Shown piece by piece: positions 18,745 through 28,564 of a stretch of 62,927 nucleotides of DNA. Both the position numbers and the translations under genes were made by a program. Positions within the stretch are counted from its first letter, which is position 1, and every line of letters begins with the position of its first letter. The notes below the pieces were generated by a model. The model was not told the DNA's origin. It did no database searches and saw only the letters and a list, made by a program, of their open reading frames with translations. The stretch is from an uncultured Rikenellaceae bacterium. GTDB taxonomy: Bacteria; Bacteroidota; Bacteroidia; Bacteroidales; VadinHA17. The stretch is taken from contig CAYLJE010000003.1 in assembly GCA_964383915.1 (NCBI GenBank), positions 1 to 62,927 on the forward strand, written 5' to 3'.

Positions 18745-20868
18745 ATGTTGTCGTTCGAAGAAACACAGAACTATAAATATATGTCCTCTTTCCGGTTCAT
18801 TATTCTGGTGTGTATCATTATGGGCAGGATTATGTTAAAAGGATACGGGCAACAACCTGTATCCGGCAATGATCCTCAGTTTCAGGCTGACATGGAAGAG
18901 ATGATGCGATCCGGAAACCGTAGGGAAGATCTCTCTGACCTCATTGACTATTTTTCTGAACTACAACAACATCCCATAAACATTAATAGGGCCAACAGAA
19001 CAGAGCTTGGAAAATTACTGTTTCTGAATGATTTTCAGATTACCAGCTTGCTGGACTATCGGGAACAGACAGGTAATATACTTAGTATAAGTGAGCTACA
19101 ACTTGTTTTCGGATTTGACCAGGATGTAATCAGACGCATCTTACCGTTTATCACCTTAGGACCGGAAAGCATGTTAAACAAGAACTCCGGCCAAAGCAGG
19201 CCCCGCTGGGTACAGGAAGGATTTTTACGTTTTAAAACAACCGTTGAAAAAGAAGCCGGTTATCTTACACTTCCTGATTCAATCCCGAAGTCCAGGCAAA
19301 ATGCTGTATATCAGGGAGATCGGACGGGGATTCTTTTTAGGTATAAAGTGACCTATGGCCAAACACTTTCTGCCGGCATTTTAGGAGATAAAGATCCTGG
19401 CGAGCCATTTTTTTCAGGAAGAAACCGGCAGGGTTTTGATTTTTATTCTTATTATTTTCAATATAATCATACGGGGGTTCTCAGGCAGGTAAACCTGGGT
19501 CATTATCACCTGCGTTTAGGTCAGGGATTGGTTTTATGGAACGGGTTCCGTATGAGTAAATCTTCTGATGTAATGGATATAAATAAGCGTTCTCCGGAAG
19601 TGAGAGTTGCTTCTTCCTCTGCAGAAACAGGGTACCTCAACGGGGCCTCTGTGGTCTTGCAAATGAAAAACTTCACAGTGGTCCCATTTTTTTCTTCGAA
19701 AAGAATTGATGCAAAACTGGAATTTCCGGATTCCGGTATGGTTGATCCGGTTATTACTTCCTTCCCGGAGACAGGCCTGCACCGGACAGCCAAAGAGTTG
19801 CAAAATAAGCAAACAGCCCATGAAATCACTTCCGGCATGAGAATATCCTGGAGACATAATCATTTGACAGTAGGGGTAACTACCGTTTATACAGGGACAG
19901 ATCATATCTTTCGGCACCGGGATACCCCGGATAACCTGTATGATTTCCAGGGGATGGAAAATATAAATGGGGGGATAGACTATCTGTTATCATTGAAAAG
20001 AATTTCCTGCTTCGGAGAAGCTGCCATAAGCAGAAACCTGTCATGGGCAGCTCTCCAGGGAATACAATGGTATTTTTCCCCACTGCTGTCCCTCAGCTTC
20101 CTGGCCAGATATTACCAGCCCGGATATTTCGCTGCTTATTCCAATGCTTTCACGGAAACAGGCACAACAAAAAATGAGGAAGGAATTTACCTGGGGATAA
20201 ATATTCATCCGATACCTCATGTCTCCTTGTCCGGATATGTTGATTTTTATAAGTTTCCCTGGCTGCGATACCAGATTGATGCCCCTTCGAGCGGAACGGA
20301 AGCAAGAGTGATCCTTTCCTGGGAACCTACGGATCATTTATTATTTAATGCCCAGTATAAAAATGAAAACAAATCTCACAACAATCCGGATAACGCAGAT
20401 CCTATGAACGGACTTATTCGACAAAGACAAGACCATCTTCGCCTGCAGATCAGGTATGCTCTGTTGCCTCAGTTACAAGCTACCAACCGGCTGGATATTA
20501 CCCGTTTTTTATTCGGATCTGTTGCGTCCGCAGATAACGGATATATGATCTACCAGGATTTTCGTTATACGCCGGAACATTTTCCGATTACGGTGTATTT
20601 GCGTTTTGGCATGTTTGATACCAAATTTTATACACGGATATATACTTATGAAAATGATCTGCTGTATAATTTCTCCACTCCCTCTTTTACCGGTCAGGGT
20701 ATTCGGTGGTTTATGATGCTGAAATATCCGGTTGTGCGACATGCAAACATAGGAATCCGTATAGCCCAAACCATCTATGCCGATCGTGAAGTCACCGGCA
20801 CTGGTGTGACACGCATCGTATCTCCTCATAAAACCGAGATAAAAGCACAGATCAGATTCCGGTTTTAA
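18745..20868 (+). CDS. ComEA-like helix-hairpin-helix domain plus predicted outer-membrane beta-barrel protein
   Basis: PININRANRTELGKL...LLDYREQTGNILSISELQLVFGF HhH region, then about 550 aa of amphipathic strands ending IRFRF. The start may be 18781 or later. Confidence 0.75.
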   Translation: MLSFEETQNYKYMSSFRFIILVCIIMGRIMLKGYGQQPVSGNDPQFQADMEEMMRSGNRREDLSDLIDYFSELQQHPININRANRTELGKLLFLNDFQITSLLDYREQTGNILSISELQLVFGFDQDVIRRILPFITLGPESMLNKNSGQSRPRWVQEGFLRFKTTVEKEAGYLTLPDSIPKSRQNAVYQGDRTGILFRYKVTYGQTLSAGILGDKDPGEPFFSGRNRQGFDFYSYYFQYNHTGVLRQVNLGHYHLRLGQGLVLWNGFRMSKSSDVMDINKRSPEVRVASSSAETGYLNGASVVLQMKNFTVVPFFSSKRIDAKLEFPDSGMVDPVITSFPETGLHRTAKELQNKQTAHEITSGMRISWRHNHLTVGVTTVYTGTDHIFRHRDTPDNLYDFQGMENINGGIDYLLSLKRISCFGEAAISRNLSWAALQGIQWYFSPLLSLSFLARYYQPGYFAAYSNAFTETGTTKNEEGIYLGINIHPIPHVSLSGYVDFYKFPWLRYQIDAPSSGTEARVILSWEPTDHLLFNAQYKNENKSHNNPDNADPMNGLIRQRQDHLRLQIRYALLPQLQATNRLDITRFLFGSVASADNGYMIYQDFRYTPEHFPITVYLRFGMFDTKFYTRIYTYENDLLYNFSTPSFTGQGIRWFMMLKYPVVRHANIGIRIAQTIYADREVTGTGVTRIVSPHKTEIKAQIRFRF

Positions 20869-20892
20869 GGAAAAACCTGACGGAACAGGTAG

Positions 20893-22041
20893 TTATTTCC
20901 AGCTGCCGGCTTTTTTTCGGAAAGGATACATAGCGATGCCGGCCAATCCGGTGATAACGATATAAAAAGGATAAATCAACTGTAAAAAAGGAAACCAAAT
21001 CAACAGATTCCTTTGCTTAAAATAGGAGGTAACGGAAAAAAGAAGCAGAAAATCCGGGATGGATTTTAAAAACAAAAAAACCAATGACGGCACAAGCCAC
21101 CTGCCCTGAAAAAAAGCAGCCACAAAAAAGAAAACGATTAAAAGATTTACCAACAGAACAACCCATGCGGTGAACAATGTATCAAAATCTTTGTAACCCG
21201 GACTTTTAGAGGCCCAGCGTATCCGTTGACGTATAAATGTACTTACATTTTTCTTCCCTTTAATCCTAACAGTGGCATCTCTGGATTTTAAAAAACGGAT
21301 AGTCCCGGAAGCATATTTTTTCACGGTATGCAATAAAAATACATCATCGCCGCTTTCTATTTCTTTATGAAGCGGGTTAGGGGCAAGGTTCAAAAGATTT
21401 TTTTCATAGGCCAGGTTTGCACCGTTGCAGTAGATCGGATGACCTGCCGACGCAGCTCCTGTCCCGGCGCCAATCAAACTATAAAACTCAAGTGACTGGA
21501 ATTTCGAGATTATCTTTTTCTCCGTAATCATCGCTACCGGTCCTGCAATAAACCGGGCGCCCGTATGCTCATAAAATGAAACAATAGTAGTTATCCAACG
21601 GGGCTCCAGGTGTACATCTGCATCGGTTGTGAGTATAAAATCCGAAGAGCATTCCCTGATGGCTGATAACAAAGCTTCTTTTTTCCCTTTGTTTTGATTT
21701 TGTATGATTTTGATGAAAGAATGTTTCCGGGAGGCCTCTGACATAATCTCCCGTGTATGATCTGTTGAATGATCATCCGCCAGAATGATCTCAGTTAGTT
21801 GGGAGGGATAATCCTGGGCTAACAGATCACGGATTAAATGAGGTAAATGCCCTTCTTCATTACGGCAGGGAACAATAACCGAAACTTTTTCTGAAAAAGT
21901 AAGTTTCGGGGCAGTATAATCTTTCAGGGATATCCAACCTTTAAGAAACCATAAAATCATCACCCCATAAACCAGCCACAGAAACCCTGTTATTAATAAA
22001 AAGGCCGGCGTTAAAGGTGAAAACCTGATTACTTCATCCAT
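20893..22041 (-). CDS. Membrane glycosyltransferase family 2
   Basis: VIVPCRNEE, TTDAD, SGDDVFL, QRIRW motifs and TM helices at both ends. Confidence 0.9.
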   Translation of the reverse strand: MDEVIRFSPLTPAFLLITGFLWLVYGVMILWFLKGWISLKDYTAPKLTFSEKVSVIVPCRNEEGHLPHLIRDLLAQDYPSQLTEIILADDHSTDHTREIMSEASRKHSFIKIIQNQNKGKKEALLSAIRECSSDFILTTDADVHLEPRWITTIVSFYEHTGARFIAGPVAMITEKKIISKFQSLEFYSLIGAGTGAASAGHPIYCNGANLAYEKNLLNLAPNPLHKEIESGDDVFLLHTVKKYASGTIRFLKSRDATVRIKGKKNVSTFIRQRIRWASKSPGYKDFDTLFTAWVVLLVNLLIVFFFVAAFFQGRWLVPSLVFLFLKSIPDFLLLFSVTSYFKQRNLLIWFPFLQLIYPFYIVITGLAGIAMYPFRKKAGSWK

Positions 22042-22478
22042 TCGTATAGTGCATAGTGATCTCCGTTCATTTGTATTTTCTCATAGATTGTCCGGGCTGT
22101 TGTGTTGAATTTATCTACATACAATCTGATTCCCATTACCCGGTTATCTGACAGGACCAATGCTTTAATATGTTGATACATGGTTTTAAAAACGCCCCGG
22201 TTCCTGAACTCCGGCTTTACAAAAACGGATTGAATCCAATAGATGGTTCCATTGCGCCAGTCACTCCATTCATAGGTTATCAGCAACGAAGCAATAATAC
22301 TCCCCTGGTTTTCCGCAACAAAATAACACCCATGTTCCGGTCTGGCAAAGACCTGCTTCACACCGGCTACTACAGTACGTCTGTGCAGTTTCAGTTGCTC
22401 GGTTTCCAAAGCCATAAGTATTTGAAAATCTGCAATAATTTTGGAATCCGCCGGATTTGCTTGTCTAATGGTAATCAT
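22029..22478 (-). CDS. GNAT family N-acetyltransferase
   Basis: YWIQSVFVKPEFRNRGVF acetyl-CoA binding motif. Confidence 0.88.
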   Translation of the reverse strand: MITIRQANPADSKIIADFQILMALETEQLKLHRRTVVAGVKQVFARPEHGCYFVAENQGSIIASLLITYEWSDWRNGTIYWIQSVFVKPEFRNRGVFKTMYQHIKALVLSDNRVMGIRLYVDKFNTTARTIYEKIQMNGDHYALYEWMK

Positions 22479-22489
22479 TTCAGAAAAAA

Positions 22490-25400
22490 TTAATATTCAT
22501 CCCAGGCCAGAATGCTGATATCATTGGGTGTATATTTACAAAATGCCAGTATAAAAGCGCTGGCAAGACGGGCATTGGTGATCAGGGGGACATTAAAATC
22601 CACTGCACTGCGCCGGATCAGATAATCATTATCCAGTTCGCCTTTCGAAAGATCCTTGGGAATATTAACCACCAGGTCCACTTCACGATTACGGATAAGA
22701 TCCAGGGTATTGGGATTCTTATCTTCGTCCGGCCAGTGAGCCAGTTTTGTTTTGATGCCATACTGATCACAGAACTTTTTGGTACCGCGTGTGGCATAAA
22801 GGGTATATCCTTTTTCCAGCAGGGCATGTGCACTATTGATCAGTTCTACTTTCGAACGGGCCGGGCCGGTGGAGAGAAGAATCTTTTTTTCCGGGATATG
22901 ATATCCCACCGATAACATGGCTTTCAGGATTCCTTCGTAAAAATCATCTCCGATGCACCCTACCTCACCGGTAGAGGACATGTCCACACCCAGCACCGGG
23001 TCGGTAAGTTGCAGTCGTGAAAAAGAGAACTGGGGTGCTTTCACCCCGACATAATCCAGGTCAAAGATGGATTTTGCCAGCGGGGGAACCTGTTCTCCCA
23101 GCATCACGCGGGTAGCGAGGTCGATCAGATTCGTTTTTAATACCTTGGACACAAAAGGCATACTTCGTGAAGCACGGAGGTTACACTCAATCACTTTAAT
23201 TTCATTATCCTTGGCCAGGAATTGTATGTTGAAAGGTCCTGAAATATTCAGCTCACGGGCTATCTCCCGGGAGATACGTTTAATGCGGCGGATGGTCTCA
23301 AAATATATTTTCTGGGGAGGAAAAACCATCGTAGCATCTCCGGAATGAACCCCGGCAAATTCAACATGCTCGGATATGGCATAAGCAATCAACACTCCTT
23401 CCCGGGCCACGGCATCAATTTCAATCTCCTTGGCTTCCTGGATAAATTCAGTAACGACCACCGGATATTGTCTCGACACATCTGCTGCCAGCTTGAGAAA
23501 ATAACCCAGCTCTTCCTTGTTGGATACTACATTCATGGCAGCTCCGGACAGAACATACGAAGGACGTATTAAAACAGGAAAACCGATCCGGTCAACGAAA
23601 CCCTGAATATCTTCAATGCTGGTAAGTTCTTTCCACCTGGGCTGATCTACTTTCAGATTATCCAGCATAGCTGAAAACTTATTTCTGTTTTCAGCCCGGT
23701 CGATAGATACAGGTGAAGTGCCTAATACCTGAACTTTTTGATTGTAAAGCCGTATAGCCAGGTTATTTGGGATCTGTCCTCCTGTAGAGACAATTACCCC
23801 ATAGGGTTGTTCCAGTTCGATGATGTCCATCACCCGTTCAAAAGATAACTCATCGAAATAAAGCCGGTCAGAGATATCAAAGTCTGTGCTGACCGTTTCC
23901 GGATTGTAATTGATGATAACAGAACGATAACCTTTTCCCTTCACAGTGTTTAGGGCACTGACGCCACACCAGTCAAACTCCACACTGCTGCCGATGCGAT
24001 AAGCCCCCGAACCCAGTATAATAACTGAATGCTTATCCTGTTCAAATTGCACATCATGCTCAATAGCACTATATGTCATATACAGATAATTGGTCTGCGC
24101 CGGATATTCTGCGGCCAGGGTATCAATCTGTTTTACATACGGAACAATATTCCGGGATATCCTGTATTGCCGTACCTCTAATAATTTTTCTTCCATCTTT
24201 TCAGGAGGCGGGTTCAGCACAAAACGGGCAATCTGAAAGTCGGAAAATCCTTGGATTTTTGCTTCTGACAGTTTATCATCACCCAGCTCCTTTATTGTCT
24301 TTGAGGAAGCCAATGCTTTTTTCAGATCAAAGATATTTTTCAGTTTATACAGGAACCAGCGGTCTATTTTTGTCAGTTCATGAATGCGGTCAACGGAATA
24401 TCCTTTTTCCAAAGCATCGGCAATGACAAAAATACGCATATCCGTAGGTTGTGCCAGCTCTTTTTCAACATTATCGAAAGTCAGGTTCTGATTTCCGACG
24501 AAGCCATGCATCCCCTGTCCGATCATCCGCAAGCCTTTCTGGATAGCCTCTTCAAATGTTCGTCCGATGGACATTACTTCTCCCACACTCTTCATACTGC
24601 TCCCGATGAGGTGGGAAACTCCTTCGAATTTGTTCAGGTCCCATCGCGGAATTTTACAGACGATATAGTCCAGGGCCGGTTCAAAAAATGCCGTTGTGGT
24701 CCTGGTCACAGCATTCTTTAACTCATGTAATCCGTATCCCAGGGCCAGCTTTGCAGCTACAAAAGCCAACGGATAACCGGTGGCCTTGGAAGCCAGTGCG
24801 CTGGAACGGGACAACCGGGCATTTACTTCAATAACCCGGTAATTTTCCGAATCAGTATCCAATGCATATTGTATATTACATTCCCCTACAATACCGATAT
24901 GCCGGATCACCTGTATGGATAGCGCCCTGAGTTTATGGTATTCCTTGTTAGTCAGGGTCTGCGACGGAGCCACAACAATACTCTCCCCCGTATGAATCCC
25001 CAAGGGATCAAAGTTTTCCATATTACAGACGGTAATACAATTATCAAAGCGGTCCCTCATAACCTCATATTCCACTTCTTTCCATCCTTTCAGTGATTCT
25101 TCCACAAGAATCTGGCCGGTGTAGGAAAAAGCTTTGGATACCTGCTCGGACAGTTCCTTTTCGTTCGAACAGAAAGCGCTGCCTTGTCCCCCGAGGGCGT
25201 ATGCCGACCGGATAATCACCGGATAGCCAAGACTGGCTCCTGCTTTCAATGCTTCATCCAGACCGGTGACTGCTAAGCTCCGGGGAGTCCTGACATGGAT
25301 CTCATTCAATTTGTTGACAAAAAATTCGCGGTCTTCTGTATTCATAATGGCATGAATAGGAGTTCCCATTACTTCAACGCCGTATTTTTCCAATATGCCG

Positions 25401-25711
25401 TTCTTATACAACGTTATTCCGCAATTCAGTGCTGTCTGACCACCAAAAGACAGAAGAATCCCATCCGGGTTTTCCTTCCGGATGACCCGTTCTACAAAAT
25501 AAGGGGTAACCGGAAGAAAATAAATGCGATCGGCAATATTCTCAGATGTCTGGACTGTCGCAATATTCGGGTTAATAAGAAGGGTATAGATACCTTCTTC
25601 CCTCATGGCCTTCAATGCCTGTGATCCGGAATAGTCAAATTCTCCCGCTTCTCCGATTTTTAAAGCTCCTGATCCCAGTAACAGAACTTTTCTCAATGAT
25701 GTTTTTTTCAC
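22490..25711 (-). CDS. carB: Carbamoyl-phosphate synthase large subunit (GTG start)
   Basis: GEAGEFDYSG, PLGIHTGES, EVNARLSRSS, IGSSVEFDW, duplicated ATP-grasp domains and MGS-like C-terminus. Confidence 0.97.
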   Translation of the reverse strand: MKKTSLRKVLLLGSGALKIGEAGEFDYSGSQALKAMREEGIYTLLINPNIATVQTSENIADRIYFLPVTPYFVERVIRKENPDGILLSFGGQTALNCGITLYKNGILEKYGVEVMGTPIHAIMNTEDREFFVNKLNEIHVRTPRSLAVTGLDEALKAGASLGYPVIIRSAYALGGQGSAFCSNEKELSEQVSKAFSYTGQILVEESLKGWKEVEYEVMRDRFDNCITVCNMENFDPLGIHTGESIVVAPSQTLTNKEYHKLRALSIQVIRHIGIVGECNIQYALDTDSENYRVIEVNARLSRSSALASKATGYPLAFVAAKLALGYGLHELKNAVTRTTTAFFEPALDYIVCKIPRWDLNKFEGVSHLIGSSMKSVGEVMSIGRTFEEAIQKGLRMIGQGMHGFVGNQNLTFDNVEKELAQPTDMRIFVIADALEKGYSVDRIHELTKIDRWFLYKLKNIFDLKKALASSKTIKELGDDKLSEAKIQGFSDFQIARFVLNPPPEKMEEKLLEVRQYRISRNIVPYVKQIDTLAAEYPAQTNYLYMTYSAIEHDVQFEQDKHSVIILGSGAYRIGSSVEFDWCGVSALNTVKGKGYRSVIINYNPETVSTDFDISDRLYFDELSFERVMDIIELEQPYGVIVSTGGQIPNNLAIRLYNQKVQVLGTSPVSIDRAENRNKFSAMLDNLKVDQPRWKELTSIEDIQGFVDRIGFPVLIRPSYVLSGAAMNVVSNKEELGYFLKLAADVSRQYPVVVTEFIQEAKEIEIDAVAREGVLIAYAISEHVEFAGVHSGDATMVFPPQKIYFETIRRIKRISREIARELNISGPFNIQFLAKDNEIKVIECNLRASRSMPFVSKVLKTNLIDLATRVMLGEQVPPLAKSIFDLDYVGVKAPQFSFSRLQLTDPVLGVDMSSTGEVGCIGDDFYEGILKAMLSVGYHIPEKKILLSTGPARSKVELINSAHALLEKGYTLYATRGTKKFCDQYGIKTKLAHWPDEDKNPNTLDLIRNREVDLVVNIPKDLSKGELDNDYLIRRSAVDFNVPLITNARLASAFILAFCKYTPNDISILAWDEY

Positions 25712-25818
25712 GTGATAAAACTTTCCCCCTTTACAATATTGCTTTTTTGATCATCTGATATTCAATCCCTCTTCCAGCTTGCAATAAAATCGGAAACCAA
25801 GCTTTTTCCTTTTCCCGG

Positions 25819-25826
25819 CAAAGATA
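25819..25826 (-). promoter_or_regulatory. Bacteroidetes -7 promoter element (TATCTTTG) for carB
   Basis: caaagata on the + strand matches TAnnTTTG on the - strand, about 110 nt upstream of carB. Confidence 0.55.
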
Positions 25827-25857
25827 CACAGGAACGGAAAATTTATGGGCGAAAAAT

Positions 25858-25925
25858 AATGCAAAAATTTGTATTGATAAAATAAAAATGTATAAATTTG
25901 CATCCTAATTACATATTTATGCATT
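25858..25925. promoter_or_regulatory. Three ARG boxes (ArgR operators)
   Basis: 18-bp imperfect palindromes AATGCAAAAATTTGTATT (25858-25875), AATGTATAAATTTGCATC (25887-25904) and ATTACATATTTATGCATT (25908-25925). The last two are 3 bp apart and abut the argR ATG. Confidence 0.8.
25868..25900 (+). promoter_or_regulatory. Bacteroidetes promoter of the argR operon (-33 TTTG, -7 TAAATTTG)
   Basis: TTTG at 25868-25871 and TAAATTTG at 25893-25900 with a 21-nt spacer; both lie inside ARG boxes. Confidence 0.7.
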
Positions 25926-26408
25926 ATGATGGACAAAAATACGAGATTATACCTGATCCGGCAGCTTATCCGGGAAAAAGATATTTGCACGCAGGACCAA
26001 TTATTGACGTTACTGCAAGAAAGAGGCTATTTGGTCACGCAGGCGACCTTATCCCGGGATTTAAAGTTTCTGAGAGCTGGTAAGATTCCTTTTCGGGATG
26101 GAAAGTATAAATATATTTTAGATGAAACGGCACGTTTGGATCCCGGGACAGAATCTCCTCCTTCAAAGGGAGAGGGCTTTGTCTCTCTGGAGTTTGCGCA
26201 ACAATTAGCATTGATTAAAACCCTGCCGGGTTATGCCAACATGCTGGCCATTGCCATAGACAGGGCCAGACGGTACGAGTTTGCGGGAACAGTTGCAGGG
26301 GATGATACCGTCCTGATCATCCCCCGTGACGGCATCAGCAGGGAAGCTGTACGTAAAGCATTGCAGTGGATATTCCCGGATATCAGTGACAGGATCGTAA
26401 AATCCTGA
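25926..26408 (+). CDS. argR: Arginine repressor
   Basis: TQDQLL, VTQATLSRDL and GTVAGDDT motifs. Confidence 0.95.
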   Translation: MMDKNTRLYLIRQLIREKDICTQDQLLTLLQERGYLVTQATLSRDLKFLRAGKIPFRDGKYKYILDETARLDPGTESPPSKGEGFVSLEFAQQLALIKTLPGYANMLAIAIDRARRYEFAGTVAGDDTVLIIPRDGISREAVRKALQWIFPDISDRIVKS

Positions 26409-26444
26409 ATATTTATTAATCATAACTTTTTAATTTTTATCAAC

Positions 26445-27689
26445 ATGAAGAATCATAAAATTGTACTTGCGTACAGTGGAGGGCTGGACACATCGGTCAT
26501 ACTAAAATGGCTCATTGACCGTGGAAATGAAGTAATTGCCTTTGTGGCAGATGTCGGACAGGAAGACAATTTTGATGAATGCAGGCAGAAAGCGCTGGAT
26601 ATTGGGGCCAGTGAGGTAATAATTGATGATCTGAAAAGGGAGTTTGTAACTGATTATATCTTTCCGGCCATCCGGGCCAATGCCATTTATGAAAGCCGTT
26701 ATCTTCTGGGGACGGCTCTGGCCAGGCCGTTAATTGCTAAAAGGATGATTGAAACAGCCAATAAACTGAAAGCGGGGGTGGTCTCCCACGGTGCTACAGG
26801 AAAAGGAAACGACCAGGTAAGGTTCGAACTTTCTTTTTATGCGCTGAATCCGAAAATTGTTGTTTTCTCTCCCTGGAAAGATGCCGAATTTCTGGATCAT
26901 TTCAGGGGTCGCACCGACCTGATCCGTTATGCAGAGAGTGCAGGGATCCCCGTGAAAGCTACCCAAGAAAGACCTTATAGTGAGGATGATAACCTGATGC
27001 ATATCAGTCACGAAGCAGGAATACTGGAAGATCCTGCCCTGAAAGCAGATATGAATGTGTATTCCAAGATCACCCATCCTTTTCTGGCTCCGGACCAACC
27101 GGAGAGTATTGCCATTGAGTTTAAAGACGGCACCCCTGTAAAAGTTATCCATGCAGAAGATGGAAAAGAAATAACAGAACCACTGGAATTATTTCTATAT
27201 CTTAACAAGTTGGGGTCAAAGCATGGGATCGGCTTGCTGGACATGGTAGAAAACCGGTTTGTAGGAATCAAATCCAGAGGTATTTATGAAACGCCCGGGG
27301 CTAAAATCCTGTTCAAAGCACATCAGGATATTGAGGGGATTGCCATGGACCGGGAGGTCATGCGGTTAAGGAACATGCTCTCACCCAAATTTGCCGAACT
27401 GGTTTATTACGGATTCTGGTTCAGTCCAGAGATGGATTTTCTCATGGCTGCCATCCGGAAAAGTCAGGAAGTTATAGACGGAAAAGTTTACCTGACCCTG
27501 TATAAAGGAAATGTGATAATTGACGGCAGGGAGTCTCCCAGCTCACTATATAATCAGGATTTATCCAGCATGGACATTGAGGGAGGATTTGATCAGAAAG
27601 ACAGCAAAGGTTTTATTAAAATCAATGCTATTCGTCTGATGGCTCATCATGCTATTGTGAGTAAACGTAAAAGAAACAATATTATTTAA
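26445..27689 (+). CDS. argG: Argininosuccinate synthase
   Basis: [40 protein letters not shown] motifs. Confidence 0.97.
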   Translation: MKNHKIVLAYSGGLDTSVILKWLIDRGNEVIAFVADVGQEDNFDECRQKALDIGASEVIIDDLKREFVTDYIFPAIRANAIYESRYLLGTALARPLIAKRMIETANKLKAGVVSHGATGKGNDQVRFELSFYALNPKIVVFSPWKDAEFLDHFRGRTDLIRYAESAGIPVKATQERPYSEDDNLMHISHEAGILEDPALKADMNVYSKITHPFLAPDQPESIAIEFKDGTPVKVIHAEDGKEITEPLELFLYLNKLGSKHGIGLLDMVENRFVGIKSRGIYETPGAKILFKAHQDIEGIAMDREVMRLRNMLSPKFAELVYYGFWFSPEMDFLMAAIRKSQEVIDGKVYLTLYKGNVIIDGRESPSSLYNQDLSSMDIEGGFDQKDSKGFIKINAIRLMAHHAIVSKRKRNNII

Positions 27690-27763
27690 TATAATAAACA
27701 AACAAATAGTGCCAGGTGCCGGAAGCAGAATCTCCCGGTTGGTTGCTAAAATTTATCCGGATT

Positions 27764-28564
27764 ATGAATCAAAATATTGCTATTCTCGGAGGAGGGAATA
27801 TAGGAGGCGCCATGGTTGAAGGATTTCTGGCAGGCAACTCCATAAACCCGGAACATATTACGGTTACAAGGCGCAGAACACATCTACTGGATCATTTATC
27901 ATCCAAAGGGATTACGATCACTTCAGACAATGTGGAAGCTGTCAGCCGGTCAGATATGGTGATTATTACCGTACGCCCGCGGCAAATGGAACCCCTTCTC
28001 CGGGAGATTGCCCCGGTACTCGATGCCGGGAAGCACGTTCTTATCTCGGTAGTCACAGGATTTTCTATCGCTGAAATCGTGGAAATTACCGGAGATACTC
28101 TCCCGGTAATCCGTGCCATGCCTAATACGGCAGTGGCAGTCAGGGAATCCATGACCGGATTGTCAGCCAACAAATCGGGAGATACCAAAATGGAAATGGT
28201 AAAAGAACTGTTTAATCTGCTGGGACGTAGTTATGTGATTGAAGAGAATTTGATGGCTGCTGCCACCATAATGAATGCCTGTGGCATTGCTTATTTCCTG
28301 CGGGTTATACGAGCCATTTCACAGGGAGGTATTCAGATAGGGTTCCATGCTTCCGAGGCAAAGGTGATTGCTTCTCAGGTGGCCAAAGGAGCAGCCGAAA
28401 TTTTATTGGATTCGGGCATCCACCCGGAAGAAGAAATTGATAAGGTTACCACCCCGCGCGGAGTAACCATCGCCGGGTTGAATGAAATGGAACATCACGG
28501 ATTAAGTTCAGCCCTGATCAAGGGAATCATGACTTCTTTTCACGAAATTGAAAGACTGAAATAA
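27764..28564 (+). CDS. proC: Pyrroline-5-carboxylate reductase
   Basis: ILGGGNIG, RAMPNT and VTTPRGVT motifs; start set at MNQNI (27764). Confidence 0.93.
   Translation: MNQNIAILGGGNIGGAMVEGFLAGNSINPEHITVTRRRTHLLDHLSSKGITITSDNVEAVSRSDMVIITVRPRQMEPLLREIAPVLDAGKHVLISVVTGFSIAEIVEITGDTLPVIRAMPNTAVAVRESMTGLSANKSGDTKMEMVKELFNLLGRSYVIEENLMAAATIMNACGIAYFLRVIRAISQGGIQIGFHASEAKVIASQVAKGAAEILLDSGIHPEEEIDKVTTPRGVTIAGLNEMEHHGLSSALIKGIMTSFHEIERLK

Noticed and set aside
22029-22478. GNAT next to carB as an ArgA-type N-acetylglutamate synthase
   Set aside because: Shows only generic GNAT motifs of a widespread family; nothing specific for ArgA
27700-27770. Possible argC remnant between argG and proC (reads IVPGAGSRISRLVAKIYPDYE)
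   Set aside because: Only faint resemblance needing gaps, and no clear start; not distinguishable from chance
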